This document shows, in pieces, positions 53,235 to 64,000 of a DNA stretch of 64,000 nucleotides. The DNA is from an uncultured delta proteobacterium (GTDB lineage: Bacteria > Myxococcota_A > UBA9160 > SMWR01), in assembly GCA_963832165.1 (NCBI GenBank), contig CAWHTE010000001.1, positions 192,001-256,000 on the forward strand. The letters run 5' to 3'. The notes under the pieces were generated by a model. The model was given only the letters and a program-made list of their open reading frames with translations. It made no database searches and was not told where the DNA came from. The first letter of the stretch is position 1; each line of letters begins with the position of its first letter. The position numbers were made by a program, and so were the translations under genes.

Positions 53235-54458
53235 TCAATGAGCATTTTGACCGGACAATTTGTCCGGCCAGAGCCGTGCGATCGCCACAGCGATGAGCCC
53301 GACGCCGCCCGAGAGCAGCGCGCCCATCTTCGCCTGACCGAGCACGACCGGATCCTCGAACGCGGCCGAAGCCACGAACAGCGCGACGGTGAGCCCGAGC
53401 GCGGCCAGGTAGCCCGCCATCCAGAGGTCGCGCCACGCCATCCGCTCGGGCAGCGGGAAGCCGAGCCGCACCGCGAGCCAGCCGAAGCCGGCAATGCCCG
53501 CGGTCTTGCCGATCACGAGCGATCCGAGCACGAGCCAGGTCATCGGGCCGACGTCACCGAGCGTCACGCCCGCCTGCGTGAACGCGAACCAGAACAGACC
53601 GAAGTCGACGAAGCGCTTGAGCTGGTGCTCGAACTGATGGAGCGGGGAGGGATCGGCTTCGTCCACGAACATTCCGGCGTCGCCGCGCGCGCTCGGCAAG
53701 AACGGCACGATGAACGCGAGCGAGAGCGCGGGGTGGAGCCGCGCGAGCGTGAGCCCGAGCCATGCGAGGGGTCCGCCGAGCGCCACGTAGGGGATCCAGC
53801 TGTTCACGCCGAGCCGGCGCAAGGCGAACGCGAGCGCCATCCCGACCAGCACGAGGCCGAGGAACACGGGTCGGGCGGGGTGCCCCGGATCGCCGTAGAA
53901 GAGCGCGATGATCGCGAGCCCGATGCCGTCGTCGACCACCGCGAGCAGCAGCAGAAAGTTGATCGCGGGGTGGCCGCGGCCGAACACCGTGCGCGCGGCG
54001 AGCCACGCCAGCGCGATGTCGGTGGCGGTGGGCACGCCCCAGCCGCGCGCCAGCGCGGCCCAGTCGTCGACTCCGCGCTCGTAGACGCCGAGCGCGAACA
54101 GCAGCTCGAGCCCCGCGAAGAACGCCGCGACCGGGCCGAGCACGCCGCCGATCGTCGCGATCAGCGGATTCATCGCCTTCGCGGGCGGATTCAAGTCGCC
54201 GCCGGGAAGGCAGGCCTCGGTGATCTCCTTGGCCGCGATTGCGAAGAAGAACACCATGAAGATGTCGTTGACCAGGTAGTGCAGGTCGAGCGCATGCCCG
54301 AACAGCGCGAGATCTCCGAACGGGCGCCAGTGCACGATGCGCTCGTAGCCGTCGGGATCGATGTTCGCGGCCAGCATCGCGGCCGCGATGCCCGCGAGCA
54401 GCGGGACCGAGAACTCCTGGAGCAGGTCGACGATGCCTGTGCGCGGCGGACGGCTCAT
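53235..54458 (-). CDS. nhaA: Na+/H+ antiporter NhaA family
   Basis: NDIFMVFFF, GWGVPTATDIA, LAVVDD, HPAL, GK..GI, GLTVALF. Confidence 0.9.
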   Translation of the reverse strand: MSRPPRTGIVDLLQEFSVPLLAGIAAAMLAANIDPDGYERIVHWRPFGDLALFGHALDLHYLVNDIFMVFFFAIAAKEITEACLPGGDLNPPAKAMNPLIATIGGVLGPVAAFFAGLELLFALGVYERGVDDWAALARGWGVPTATDIALAWLAARTVFGRGHPAINFLLLLAVVDDGIGLAIIALFYGDPGHPARPVFLGLVLVGMALAFALRRLGVNSWIPYVALGGPLAWLGLTLARLHPALSLAFIVPFLPSARGDAGMFVDEADPSPLHQFEHQLKRFVDFGLFWFAFTQAGVTLGDVGPMTWLVLGSLVIGKTAGIAGFGWLAVRLGFPLPERMAWRDLWMAGYLAALGLTVALFVASAAFEDPVVLGQAKMGALLSGGVGLIAVAIARLWPDKLSGQNAH

Positions 54459-55073
54459 GACGACGCCAAACTATCGTCGGGGTCGCGATCGGGGTCGCGA
54501 TTGAACTCGTTCATCGCGGCGGCGACGCCGTGCCGCAGCGCGGCCTCGAGTGCGCGCGCGGCGCGATCGATGTGCTCGGGCAGCACCGACTGCTCGCCAG
54601 CTGAGAACGGCTCGAGCACGTAGTCGGCGGTCTCCTGTTCTTGCGCGGGCCGACCCACCCCGAAGCGCAGCCGCGCGAAGTCGCTCCGCTCGAGCCGCAG
54701 GGTCACATCGGCGAGGCCGCGGTGGCCGCCCGCGCCGCCCGCCGGGCGCAGGCGCAGCCGGCCGAACGGCAGGTCGACGTCGTCGAACACCACCAGGAGA
54801 TCGCCCGCGACGTCGTCGACGCCGAGCTCCGCGACCGCTTGCGCGACCGCTTCGCCCGAGCGGTTCATGAACGTCTCGGGCGCGAGCAGCGCCACGGCGA
54901 TCCGCGGCTCCGGGCCCGCGAAGCCAGCCGGTGCCGAAGCGCGAGCCGAAGCGGCGCGCGTCGAGCGTGATCCCGTGCTCGCGCGCGAAGCGCTCGAGCA
55001 CGCGCACCCCCACGTTGTGCCGGGTGTCGGCGTAGCGCGGCCCCGGGTTGCCGAGGCCGACCACCAGCTTCAC
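54455..55073 (-). CDS. pth: peptidyl-tRNA hydrolase, frameshifted near 54896
   Basis: VGLGNPG..Y..TRHNVG in one frame; [27 protein letters not shown] in another. Confidence 0.92.
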
Positions 55074-55088
55074 GCCGCGAGATCCGGC

Positions 55089-55766
55089 CTACTCGCCCTC
55101 GGACTCCTCGGCACCCTCGGCGGGCGCAGCCCCTTCCGCGGGCGCGGCACCTTCCTCGCCCTCCACGGCCACCGTCTCGGCCACCACCGCCTCTTCTTCC
55201 TTCGCGGGCAGCACGACCGAGACCACCGAGAGATCCGGATCCGAGACGAGCTCGACGCCCTGGGGCAGTGCGATGTCGCGCACGTGGATCGAGTCGCCGA
55301 CCTGGAGCTCACCGACCTCGATCGGGAGCTCTTCCGGGATCGCGCGCGGCAGGCATAGCACCTCGATCTCGCGCAGCGGGAAGTCGAGGATACCGCCGCC
55401 GAACGTCACGCCGAGCGGCGTACCGACGATCCGCACCGGCACCTTCACCTCGATCGGCTTGTCGACGTCGAGCGCGTAGAGGTCCGCGTGCAGGAGTGAG
55501 TGCGTCACGGGGTCGCGCTGCAGCTCCTTCACGAGCACGACCTTGCCGTCGAGCCCGCCGCCCTGGAGATCGATCAGCGTGTTCATGCCGGCCGAGCTCT
55601 TGCGCAGCAGGCGGTCGAGCAGCTTCGGGTCGAGCTCGATCGCGGTGGCGGCCGCGCCCGGTGCGTAGCAGACGGCCGGGATCCGGCCGGCCGCGCGCAG
55701 CTTGCGCGCATATCCCTTGCCGCTTCCCACGCGCGATTCGACGGCGAGCTGATGTTCGGAAGGCAC
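55089..55766 (-). CDS. rplY: 50S ribosomal protein L25/Ctc
   Basis: GKGYARKLR..GRIPAV.Y, QRDPV, HADLY. Confidence 0.95.
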   Translation of the reverse strand: MPSEHQLAVESRVGSGKGYARKLRAAGRIPAVCYAPGAAATAIELDPKLLDRLLRKSSAGMNTLIDLQGGGLDGKVVLVKELQRDPVTHSLLHADLYALDVDKPIEVKVPVRIVGTPLGVTFGGGILDFPLREIEVLCLPRAIPEELPIEVGELQVGDSIHVRDIALPQGVELVSDPDLSVVSVVLPAKEEEAVVAETVAVEGEEGAAPAEGAAPAEGAEESEGE

Positions 55767-55778
55767 GGACAGGACCTC

Positions 55779-56720
55779 TCAGACGAAGAGAGAGCTCACG
55801 CTCTCTTCGTTGTTGATGCGTCGGATCGCCTCCGACAGCAGATGCGAGATACTGACGACGCGGATCTGCTCGCAGTCGTCGGCCTCGGGTCGAAGCGGCA
55901 CGGTATCGGTGATGACGAGCTCGGTCAGCGACGACTCGCGGATCCGCTTGACCGCGGGGCCCGAGAGCACCGGGTGCGTGATCGCGGCCGACACCACCGC
56001 GGCGCCGGCGTCCTTGAGCGCGTTGGCGGCCTCCGTGAGCGTGCCCGCCGTGTCGACGATGTCGTCGACGATCACGCAGGTGCGCCCCTGCACGTCGCCG
56101 ATGATGTTCATCACCTGCGAGACGTTGGCGGCCTCGCGGCGCTTGTCGATGATCGCGAGGCTCGCGTTGAGGCGCTTCGCGTAGGCGCGCGCGCGCTCCA
56201 CGCCGCCCGCGTCGGGCGAGATGATCGTGAGCGGCTGGCTGCCGTAGCGGTGGCGGATCGCGTCGAGCAGCACGGGCGTCGCGAAGAGATTGTCGACGGG
56301 GATGTCGAAGAAGCCCTGGATCTGGCCCGCGTGCAGGTCGATGCACAGGAGGCGGTCGGTGCCCGCGGTGGAGATCAGGTCGGCCACGAGCTTCGCGGAG
56401 ATCGGCAGCCGCGGGCGCACCTTGCGGTCCTGGCGCGCGTAGCCGTAGTAGGGGATCACCGCGGTGATCCGGCGCGCGGAGGATCGGCGCAGCGCGTCGA
56501 TCATGATCAGGAGTTCCATCAGGTGCGTGTTGGCCGGCTGGCACGTGGGCTGCAGCACGAAGCAGTCGCAGCCGCGCACGTTCTCCTGGATCTCCACGTT
56601 CACTTCGCCGTCGCTGAACGTCCCGACGTGCGCCTTGCCGATCTCGATGTCGAGGTACTGCGCGACGGCCGCGGAGAGCGCCGGGTTCGCGTTGCCCGTG
56701 AAGAGCTTCAGGAGGTTCAT
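55779..56720 (-). CDS. prs: ribose-phosphate pyrophosphokinase
   Basis: [42 protein letters not shown]. Confidence 0.97.
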   Translation of the reverse strand: MNLLKLFTGNANPALSAAVAQYLDIEIGKAHVGTFSDGEVNVEIQENVRGCDCFVLQPTCQPANTHLMELLIMIDALRRSSARRITAVIPYYGYARQDRKVRPRLPISAKLVADLISTAGTDRLLCIDLHAGQIQGFFDIPVDNLFATPVLLDAIRHRYGSQPLTIISPDAGGVERARAYAKRLNASLAIIDKRREAANVSQVMNIIGDVQGRTCVIVDDIVDTAGTLTEAANALKDAGAAVVSAAITHPVLSGPAVKRIRESSLTELVITDTVPLRPEADDCEQIRVVSISHLLSEAIRRINNEESVSSLFV

Positions 56721-56766
56721 GCGGAGGGCCTCATCGGAACGGCGGGGGGGACACGATCGGACGAAG

Positions 56767-56842
56767 TGGCTGGGGCGGCAGGACTCGAACCTGCAGATGG
56801 CGGCTCCAAAGGCCGCTGCCTTACCAGTTTGGCGACGCCCCA
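56767..56842 (-). tRNA. tRNA-Gln(TTG)
   Basis: 76-nt cloverleaf TGGGGCG...CTTTGGA...GGTTCGAGTCC...CGCCCCAGCCA; usual ispE-tRNA-prs context. Confidence 0.97.
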
Positions 56843-56908
56843 ACAGGGGTGCCCCGGCGGGCTCCGCGGCGCTACCGGGGCGCGGCTCGCTCCCCAGAGC
56901 GGCGGAGC

Positions 56909-57787
56909 TTATCGGGATTCCGCGGTGGCCGCGACCCGGGTCCAGCCCCTTCCCGCTACGGGAAAGCTCGCCGCGGCGCGCCCGGCCGCAGCGCGATCCG
57001 CGAATACGCCATAGATCGTTGCGCCGCTGCCGGACATGCCGACCGCGCGCGCGCCGGCCGCCGCGAGCTGCGCGCGCAGCCGCGCGATCGGCGGACACAG
57101 CCGCACCGCGGGCCCTTCGAGATCGTTGTGGAGCCGCGCCGCGAGCGCGCGGTCGTCGGCGAGCTCGCGCGCGAGGTCGCGCGGCGGCCCCGCACCCGGT
57201 TCGCGCGCTTTCGCGAGTGCGTCGAACGCGCGGAACACCTGCGCGGTGGCGAGCCCCTCGCCCGGATTCGCGAGCAGCAGCGCGAGCGAGGGCACACCCG
57301 CCACGGGCTCGCGCCGTTCGCCGATCCCGGTGACCCAGGCCGGGCGCGGATCGAGGAAGAACGGCACGTCGGCGCCCAGCGCCACCGCCAGCGCTTCCAG
57401 CGCCTCGGCCGACACCGCGCCCGGGAACGCCTGGGCGAGGCCGCGCAACACCGCGGCCGCATCGCTCGACCCGCCGCCGAGCCCCGCCGCCACGGGCGTG
57501 TGCTTGGTGAGTGCGATCGCCACGCGCGCGCGGACTCCGCTCTGCGCGAGGAACGCACGCGCGGCACGAACCGCGAGGTTGTCGTCGCCGGGCGGCGCGC
57601 CCGCGGCGTCGCCCGCGACCTCGAGCGAGATCTCCGACTCGCGCGCGGACTCGACCTGCAACGCGATCGCGTCGGCGAGATCGATCGGCACGAACAGGCT
57701 CTCGAGCTCGTGATAGCCGTCGGCGCGGCGACCTGTGATCCGTAGCCCGAGGTTCACCTTGGCCGGCGCGTCCAGCTTGATATCCAC
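56909..57787 (-). CDS. ispE: 4-diphosphocytidyl-2-C-methyl-D-erythritol kinase
   Basis: [36 protein letters not shown]. Confidence 0.97.
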   Translation of the reverse strand: MDIKLDAPAKVNLGLRITGRRADGYHELESLFVPIDLADAIALQVESARESEISLEVAGDAAGAPPGDDNLAVRAARAFLAQSGVRARVAIALTKHTPVAAGLGGGSSDAAAVLRGLAQAFPGAVSAEALEALAVALGADVPFFLDPRPAWVTGIGERREPVAGVPSLALLLANPGEGLATAQVFRAFDALAKAREPGAGPPRDLARELADDRALAARLHNDLEGPAVRLCPPIARLRAQLAAAGARAVGMSGSGATIYGVFADRAAAGRAAASFPVAGRGWTRVAATAESR

Positions 57788-57827
57788 CTGATGGGCCTTC
57801 GCTCGCCTTCGGCTCGCTGCGCGCCGG

Positions 57828-58145
57828 CTACGCCGGCTTGCCTTCGCGCGCCTTCACGTAGCCCATGCGCAGCTCGTACAGAACGCTCTGCAGGAGCTTG
57901 GTCTCGTCCTCGCTGAGGTTGCCGCGCGTCTTGTTCTGGAGCATGTCGAGCGTGTCGATCGTCTGATGCGCGAGCGAAAGGTTCTTCTCGGGAATCGCGC
58001 CGCCCTCGGAATCGGGCACGAGGCCCATGTGGACCATCGCGGAGGTCGCGAGCGAGAGCACGAGCGTCGAGAAGTCGATCTGCGGCAGCGCGCGCTCGGC
58101 GTCGCCCGGCCTGGCTTCGGTGGGCTTGGGATCATCGGGCGTCAT
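57828..58145 (-). CDS. DUF1844-domain protein
   Basis: IDFSTLVLSL, TID.L.ML..KTRGNL. Confidence 0.85.
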   Translation of the reverse strand: MTPDDPKPTEARPGDAERALPQIDFSTLVLSLATSAMVHMGLVPDSEGGAIPEKNLSLAHQTIDTLDMLQNKTRGNLSEDETKLLQSVLYELRMGYVKAREGKPA

Positions 58146-58758
58146 GGGGCTCCAGCTCCAGTTTGCCCTCGGCGGCGTCGAGGCGCGACATCTCGCGATA
58201 GGCCAGCGCGATCCGCTGGCCGGCCGTGATTGCGCTGCCGATCGCGATCACCCAGAGCGCCGCGACGAGCAGTCCGAACAGCGCGCCCGCGGCGAGGATC
58301 ACGACGCGCTCGGCGCGCTCGAGCAGGCCCACCTCGAAGTGGTCGAGCTCGAGCTCCGCGCGCGCCTTCGTGTACGAGACCAGCACCGTGGTGGCGAGCG
58401 CGAACCCCGCGAGTGCCACGTGCTGCGGCGCGCCTTCGCGCGCGTAGTGGACGCTGATGCCCACCAGCAGCACCACGTCGACCCAGCGGTCGAGCGTGGA
58501 GTCGAGGAATGCGCCGAAGCGGGTCGCGATGCCGCGATGCCGCGCGACCACGCCGTCGACGAGGTCGAAGAAGCCACCCGCGAGGATCAGGAGGCCACCT
58601 GCGATCGGCTCGCCCGACGCGAACGCGGCCGCCGCGCCCGTGGACACGGCCGCTCCCGTCACCGTGAGCGCGTTGGGATCGAGCTTCCGCCAGAACAGGA
58701 ATGGGAACAGCCGGCGGATCCAGACGTCGAGGTTCTTTCCGACCGTCGCCTTGATCAA
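58132..58758 (-). CDS. CDP-alcohol phosphatidyltransferase
   Basis: PNALT, DLVDGVVAR...FGAFLDSTLDR, VSYTKARAE. Confidence 0.92.
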   Translation of the reverse strand: MIKATVGKNLDVWIRRLFPFLFWRKLDPNALTVTGAAVSTGAAAAFASGEPIAGGLLILAGGFFDLVDGVVARHRGIATRFGAFLDSTLDRWVDVVLLVGISVHYAREGAPQHVALAGFALATTVLVSYTKARAELELDHFEVGLLERAERVVILAAGALFGLLVAALWVIAIGSAITAGQRIALAYREMSRLDAAEGKLELEPHDAR

Positions 58759-58767
58759 GGGAGGCGT

Positions 58768-58962
58768 TTACGCGCCGGCTTCGGGCGTCTCTTCTGGAGC
58801 CCCGCGTTCCTCTTCGCCGCTCTCGGCGCCGAGCGTGGTCGCCTTGTTGGAGACGTCGGGCAGGTCCGCGAGCGCGCGTGCGCGCTCCGCTGCGGTCATC
58901 CAACCCCGCCGGCCCATCAGGCGGCGGTCGAGCCGAAGCTTCTCGAGCGATGCGCGGTTCAT
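58768..58962 (-). CDS. small hypothetical protein
   Basis: GGAGGA RBS; LDRRL...LPDVS pattern. Confidence 0.6.
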   Translation of the reverse strand: MNRASLEKLRLDRRLMGRRGWMTAAERARALADLPDVSNKATTLGAESGEEERGAPEETPEAGA

Positions 58963-59070
58963 GCCAGGAGTCCTCCGCAGAAGGGGGGCGAATCTAGCAG
59001 TCGCTCAGTGCGCTCGCATTGACGCTCACGCGGGGGGCCGATAGGTTGCGAGCCCTGCCCCGGGGGCCCA

Positions 59071-59850
59071 TTGCGCACCGTCCGAATCGCCGCCGCAGTG
59101 CTCGCGCTGTGCGCGATCGTGAGCTGCAAGACCGACGAGGCGCTGTTCGAGGAAGTGGCGCCGGCCGAGCAGCTCTGGGCCGAGGGCACCAAGCTGCTCG
59201 AGGGCCGCGAGATCCTCTGGGTCTACAAGTACGTCGACTACGAAGAGGCGATCGCGAAGTTCCAGGCGATCGTCGACAACTATCCCAACAGCGACTTCGC
59301 GATCCGCTCCGAGCTCGCGATCGCCGACGCCTACTTCGGCAACGAGAAGTACGAGGAGGCGCTCTCCTACTACCGCGACTTCTCCGATCTGCACCCGCAG
59401 CACGAGAAGGTGCCGTACACACTCTGGCAGGCTGCGCTGTGCCACGAGCGGCGCGCGCTCATGCCGGCGCGCGACCAGGCCGCGACGCGCGACGCGATCG
59501 TGTTCCTCGACCGGCTGCTGCTCAAGCACGCGCATTCGGGCTACGCCCAGCGCGCCGAGGAACTGTGGCGCGAGCTCCAGACGAAGCTCGCCACCAACGT
59601 CGAGGGCATCGCCGACTTCTACTACTCCCGCGGCGAGTTCGAGGCCGCATCGGAGCGCTATCGAGCGCTGCTCAACGAGTATCCGGGTCTCGGCTTCGAC
59701 GCGCGCGTCCTGTTCAAGCTCGGCGAGTGCTATGCGGAGCTCCAGCGCACCGACGAGGCCGATCGGATCTTCCGCACCCTCGTCGCACACTACGCCGACA
59801 GCGAGTTCGCGACGCGCGCGCGCGAGCAGCTCGCGACCAACCTGCCGTGA
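59071..59850 (+). CDS. bamD: outer membrane protein assembly factor BamD
   Basis: IVSC lipobox, TPRs, F..LHP.H, RDQ. Confidence 0.88.
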   Translation: MRTVRIAAAVLALCAIVSCKTDEALFEEVAPAEQLWAEGTKLLEGREILWVYKYVDYEEAIAKFQAIVDNYPNSDFAIRSELAIADAYFGNEKYEEALSYYRDFSDLHPQHEKVPYTLWQAALCHERRALMPARDQAATRDAIVFLDRLLLKHAHSGYAQRAEELWRELQTKLATNVEGIADFYYSRGEFEAASERYRALLNEYPGLGFDARVLFKLGECYAELQRTDEADRIFRTLVAHYADSEFATRAREQLATNLP

Positions 59851-60659
59851 TCCGGCACGATTCCGAGCAACCGCGCACCGCCCTCACGGACACCGAGCGC
59901 CGCTGCTACGAGATCGGGCGTCGCCGCTGGGAACGCGGCGACCGCGACGGAGCGCTGCGCGCGCTCGAGCGCTTGCTCGAGACGCGCCGCGAGTTCGCCG
60001 ACGTGCACTACATGGTGGGCACGCTGCGCGAGCAGGCCGACGATCTCGCCGCGGCCGCGGAGAGCCTGCGCGAGGCGCTGCGGCTCAACCCCGCCTATGC
60101 CGAGGCGATGGTCGCGCTCGCGAGCATCTACGAGCGGCTCGGCGAGTTCTCGCGCTCGCGCGCGCTCGCGGAGCGCGTGGCGCAGCTCGCGCTGCCCTCG
60201 GCCGGCGCGCTCGATGCCACGACGCGCGGCAAGCTCGCCAACCTCGAGGCCGCGCTCGCGGACGCCTATCGCGAAGCCGGCGCGCTGCCCGACGCGATCG
60301 ACGCCTATCGCAAGGCGCTCGACCGCTGTCCCACGTTCCACGACATCCGCTTCCGGCTCGCGATCACGCTGCGCGAGGCGGGCTTCCCCGACCGCGCGCT
60401 CGCGGAGCTCGCGCGCGTCCAGCGCGCGAACCCCGATCTGCTCGACGCGGCGGTGCAGACCGGCCTCACGCTCTACACGCTCGGACGCGGCGACGAGGCG
60501 ATCGCGCAGTGGCGCGCCGTGCTCGAGCGCGACCGAGGCCGCGAGGACGCGCGCATGTACCTGCGCATGGTCTCGCGCGCGCTGGGCCGGCCCGTGGAGC
60601 CGGCCGCGACCTCGGAGCACCCCACCCCGGCCGGTCCCCGGGGGAAGTTGCGCACTTGA
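59847..60659 (+). CDS. TPR protein
   Basis: FADVH, ALRLNPAYAEA, KLANL, CPTFHDIR repeats. Confidence 0.85.
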   Translation: MIRHDSEQPRTALTDTERRCYEIGRRRWERGDRDGALRALERLLETRREFADVHYMVGTLREQADDLAAAAESLREALRLNPAYAEAMVALASIYERLGEFSRSRALAERVAQLALPSAGALDATTRGKLANLEAALADAYREAGALPDAIDAYRKALDRCPTFHDIRFRLAITLREAGFPDRALAELARVQRANPDLLDAAVQTGLTLYTLGRGDEAIAQWRAVLERDRGREDARMYLRMVSRALGRPVEPAATSEHPTPAGPRGKLRT

Positions 60660-60759
60660 GAACCGATTCCCTTCGGGCGCAATTCGTGGTTCGATGTAAG
60701 GAAGACGAGAGAACGAACCAGGCGCGAGCGCGGATCGTGCTCGCGCGCAGGAGGGCTCG

Positions 60760-61185
60760 ATGCACACCCTGCGACAGGTGATCACACGGCTCAAACTCGT
60801 CCACGCTGCGCCGACCGCGACGGTATTCGACGTCGCGGTGCTGATGAGCGAGGCGCGCGTGGGCTGCATCCCGGTGCTCGATGGCGAGCAGCTCGTGGGC
60901 GTGTTCTCGGAGCGCGACCTCATGACCCGCGTCGTGGTCGAGGGCAAGGATCCGCACGCGACGTCCGTGGCGTCGGTGATGACGCGCAATGTGATCACGG
61001 CGAAGCTCGACGATCGCGTCGAGAAGAGCCTCGACATGATGCGCGACCGCGGCTGCCGCCATCTGCCCGTGGTGGCCGACAGCCGCGTGATCGCGATGGT
61101 CTCGATGCGCGACCTCTTGCGCGACGAGATCGAGGAGCAGGTCGAGGAGATCCGCGGCCTGCGCGACTACATCCACCAGGCGTAG
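60760..61185 (+). CDS. CBS-domain protein
   Basis: VGVFSERDL, RHLPV, VSMRDL. Confidence 0.92.
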   Translation: MHTLRQVITRLKLVHAAPTATVFDVAVLMSEARVGCIPVLDGEQLVGVFSERDLMTRVVVEGKDPHATSVASVMTRNVITAKLDDRVEKSLDMMRDRGCRHLPVVADSRVIAMVSMRDLLRDEIEEQVEEIRGLRDYIHQA

Positions 61186-61215
61186 GGCGGATTAGGCCGA
61201 AGGCCGTAATCCGCC
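61182..61215 (+). repeat. GTAG-type REP palindrome
   Basis: GTAG-GGCGGATTA-GGCCGAAGGCC-G-TAATCCGCC. Confidence 0.75.
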
Positions 61216-61231
61216 ATTCCGCTGGCGCGCC

Positions 61232-62812
61232 TCAGCCCGCGCGCAGGATTTCGTTCGCCGCGTTGCGGCCGCAGGCGCCCATCACTCCTCCGCCCGGGTG
61301 CGTGCCCGCGCCGCAGAGCCAGAGCCCGCGGATCGGCGTCGCATAGCGCGACCAGCCCGGCAGCGGGCGCATCAGCGCGAGCCGATCGGGTGTCATCGCG
61401 CCGTGGAAGAGATTCCCGCCCGTGAGCCCGAACAGCTGCTCGAGATCGGGCGGCGCGAGCACTTCGCGGTGCAGGATGCTCGCCGTGAAGCCGGGTGCGA
61501 CCTCTTCGACCTGCGCGCACGCGCGCTCGGCGATTGCGTCGCGGATCGCGGGCCAGCGCTCGGGCGGCGCCTCGCACGGAACCCACTGCACGAACAGCGA
61601 CGCGACATGCTGTCCACGCGGCGCGAGGCTCGTGTCGAGCGCCGATGGCAGCGTGAGCTCGACGAGCGGGCGGTCCGGGACGCGACCCGCGCGCGCGGCC
61701 TCGAATGCGGCGTCGAGCGCATCGAGGTCGGCCGCGCCGACGTGGATCGTGCCGCGGTGCTCGGGGCCCGGGCCCGCGGCGGTGTGGCCGCGGAACGCGG
61801 GCAGCCGGTCCAGCGCGAGATTGATCTTCACGCTGCCGCTCTTGAAGTCGATCTGCGCGACCTCGCGGCGCAGCGGCTCGGGCAGGTCGGCCGCGCCGAC
61901 CCAGTCGAGCAGCGTCACGCGCGGGTCGGCGCCCGACACCACGAGCGGCGCCTCGATCGCGCTGCCGTCCGCGAGCACGACGCCGCGCGCCGCGCCGGCT
62001 TCGACCGCGATCCGCGCGACCGGCGATGCGAGCCGGATCTCTGCGCCCGCCTCGCGCGCGGCCGCCGCGATCGCCTCGGAGAGCCGGCCCATGCCGCCCT
62101 CCACGTAGGCCCACACGCCGCGCGCGCCGCCGGTGTCTCCCATCACGTGGTGGAACAGCACGTAGCCGGTGCCCGGCGACGAGGGCGATGCCCACGCGCC
62201 GATCACCGCGTCGGTCGCGAGCGTGGCGCGCAGCGGCTCGCTCTCGAACCAGCGCTCGAGCTCGGGTCGCGCGGGCCCGAGCAGGAGCGCGAGCGCGCGC
62301 GGCAGCTCGGCGCGCAGCCGCCACGCGCGCGCACCGAGTGCCGCGAGCAAGCGTAGATCGCGCGCGCGCGGGTGCGCGAGGTCGGGCGGCGGCGCGTCGA
62401 GCGTCGGTTCGAGCCAGCGCGCGATCCGGTCGAGGAAGGCTTCGTAGGCGGGATAGCACTCCGCGTCGCGGAGCGAGAACGCCGCGATCGAGTCGCGGGT
62501 CGCCTCGGCGCTGCCGCCGAGCAGGAGTCCACGCCCATCCGGCAGCGGGGTGAACGAAGACGGCGAGCGGGGGATCAGGCGCAGGCCGTGGCGCGAGAGA
62601 CCTAGCTCGCGTGCAACGGCGGGCCGCAACAGCCCGGCCACGTAGGCCGCGCGCGAGACCCGGAATCCCGGCCAGAGCTCTTCGGTCACGCACGCGCCGC
62701 CTACGAGCTCGCGCCGCTCGAGCACGACCACGCGCCGGCCCGCGCGCGCGAGATAGGCCGCAGCCACGAGCCCGTTGTGTCCCGCACCGATCACGATCGC
62801 GTCGTAACCCAC
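61232..62812 (-). CDS. phytoene desaturase-like FAD oxidoreductase
   Basis: IGAGHNGL, GGACVTEE, GGMG, GGNLFHG, CGAGTHPGGGV. Confidence 0.9.
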   Translation of the reverse strand: MGYDAIVIGAGHNGLVAAAYLARAGRRVVVLERRELVGGACVTEELWPGFRVSRAAYVAGLLRPAVARELGLSRHGLRLIPRSPSSFTPLPDGRGLLLGGSAEATRDSIAAFSLRDAECYPAYEAFLDRIARWLEPTLDAPPPDLAHPRARDLRLLAALGARAWRLRAELPRALALLLGPARPELERWFESEPLRATLATDAVIGAWASPSSPGTGYVLFHHVMGDTGGARGVWAYVEGGMGRLSEAIAAAAREAGAEIRLASPVARIAVEAGAARGVVLADGSAIEAPLVVSGADPRVTLLDWVGAADLPEPLRREVAQIDFKSGSVKINLALDRLPAFRGHTAAGPGPEHRGTIHVGAADLDALDAAFEAARAGRVPDRPLVELTLPSALDTSLAPRGQHVASLFVQWVPCEAPPERWPAIRDAIAERACAQVEEVAPGFTASILHREVLAPPDLEQLFGLTGGNLFHGAMTPDRLALMRPLPGWSRYATPIRGLWLCGAGTHPGGGVMGACGRNAANEILRAG

Positions 62813-62855
62813 CGCGCGATTGTAGAAGCCCGATCTCGAGAAGTAGAATGGGCGC

Positions 62856-63371
62856 ATGGCCGGTTGGGAAGCGATCGACCTCGGCGTTCTCGTGATCCTC
62901 TTGATCGCGGCGCTGCGCGGTCTGTCGCTGGGCCTGATCCGCGAGGCGTTCTCGATCGGCGCGCTCGGAGCGGCCGTGATCGCGGTGCGGGTCTGGAACG
63001 AGCCCTTCACGAAGTGGCTCCAGGAGGAGTCGCGGGGAGCGGTGTCGGTGGGCGTCGCGCCGTGGCTCGCGGGCGCGCTGCTCGCGGTGGGCGTGGTCGT
63101 GGCCGTGGGCATCTTCGGGCGCGTGATGCGGCAGGGCGCGCGCGCGGTCGGGCTCGGCTGGTTCGATCGTCTGGGGGGCGCCGCGCTCGGCGTGGCCGAG
63201 GGCGCCCTCGCCGCGAGTCTGCTGCTGTTCCTGATCGGGGGATTCCTCGGACGCGACCACGCGGTGCTCCAGGCCTCGCGCTCTTTCGCATGGTTCGAGC
63301 GCGCCGAGCAGATCGCCGGCACCCCCGCGCTGCTCGAGCCCGACGTCGCCGCTCCGCCGCGCAAGCGTTGA
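62856..63371 (+). CDS. cvpA: CvpA-family membrane protein
   Basis: GLIRE, DRLGGA.LG..EG. Confidence 0.85.
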   Translation: MAGWEAIDLGVLVILLIAALRGLSLGLIREAFSIGALGAAVIAVRVWNEPFTKWLQEESRGAVSVGVAPWLAGALLAVGVVVAVGIFGRVMRQGARAVGLGWFDRLGGAALGVAEGALAASLLLFLIGGFLGRDHAVLQASRSFAWFERAEQIAGTPALLEPDVAAPPRKR

Positions 63372-63390
63372 TCGCGCGGCGGAAGCCGCG

Positions 63391-64000
<610 letters not shown>

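Noticed and set aside
56767..56842. tRNA-Gln as an integration site
   Set aside because: Normal ispE-tRNA-prs context; no duplicated 3' end or integrase

Overview
Very GC-rich bacterial chromosome segment, plausibly Myxococcota/deltaproteobacterial (inferred from gene content only). Housekeeping blocks lie at 1-30 kb (Moco, ntrBC-like, thiE/thiD, nupC, a two-partner secretion pair, acyl-CoA ligases, glycosyltransferases, cytochrome c peroxidase, mrp) and 43.8-64 kb (peptidoglycan recycling, dnaB-rplI-rpsF, pdxRST, nhaA, pth-rplY-prs-tRNA-Gln-ispE, bamD, cvpA, ispG). Between them (~30.0-43.8 kb) is an accessory island of short, mostly minus-strand genes separated by eroded integron attC sites, with no integrase in the window. 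The top finding is a complete IS110-family element (42291-43514, CT core on both sides) inserted into the GTTRRRY core of an attC site. Its upstream non-coding end can be read directly as a bridge RNA, with guides matching both the attC target and the element's own circle junction. Several single-base frameshifts in conserved genes, including pth, suggest assembly indels. Start codons were picked by eye and family calls come from motif recognition, not database searches.
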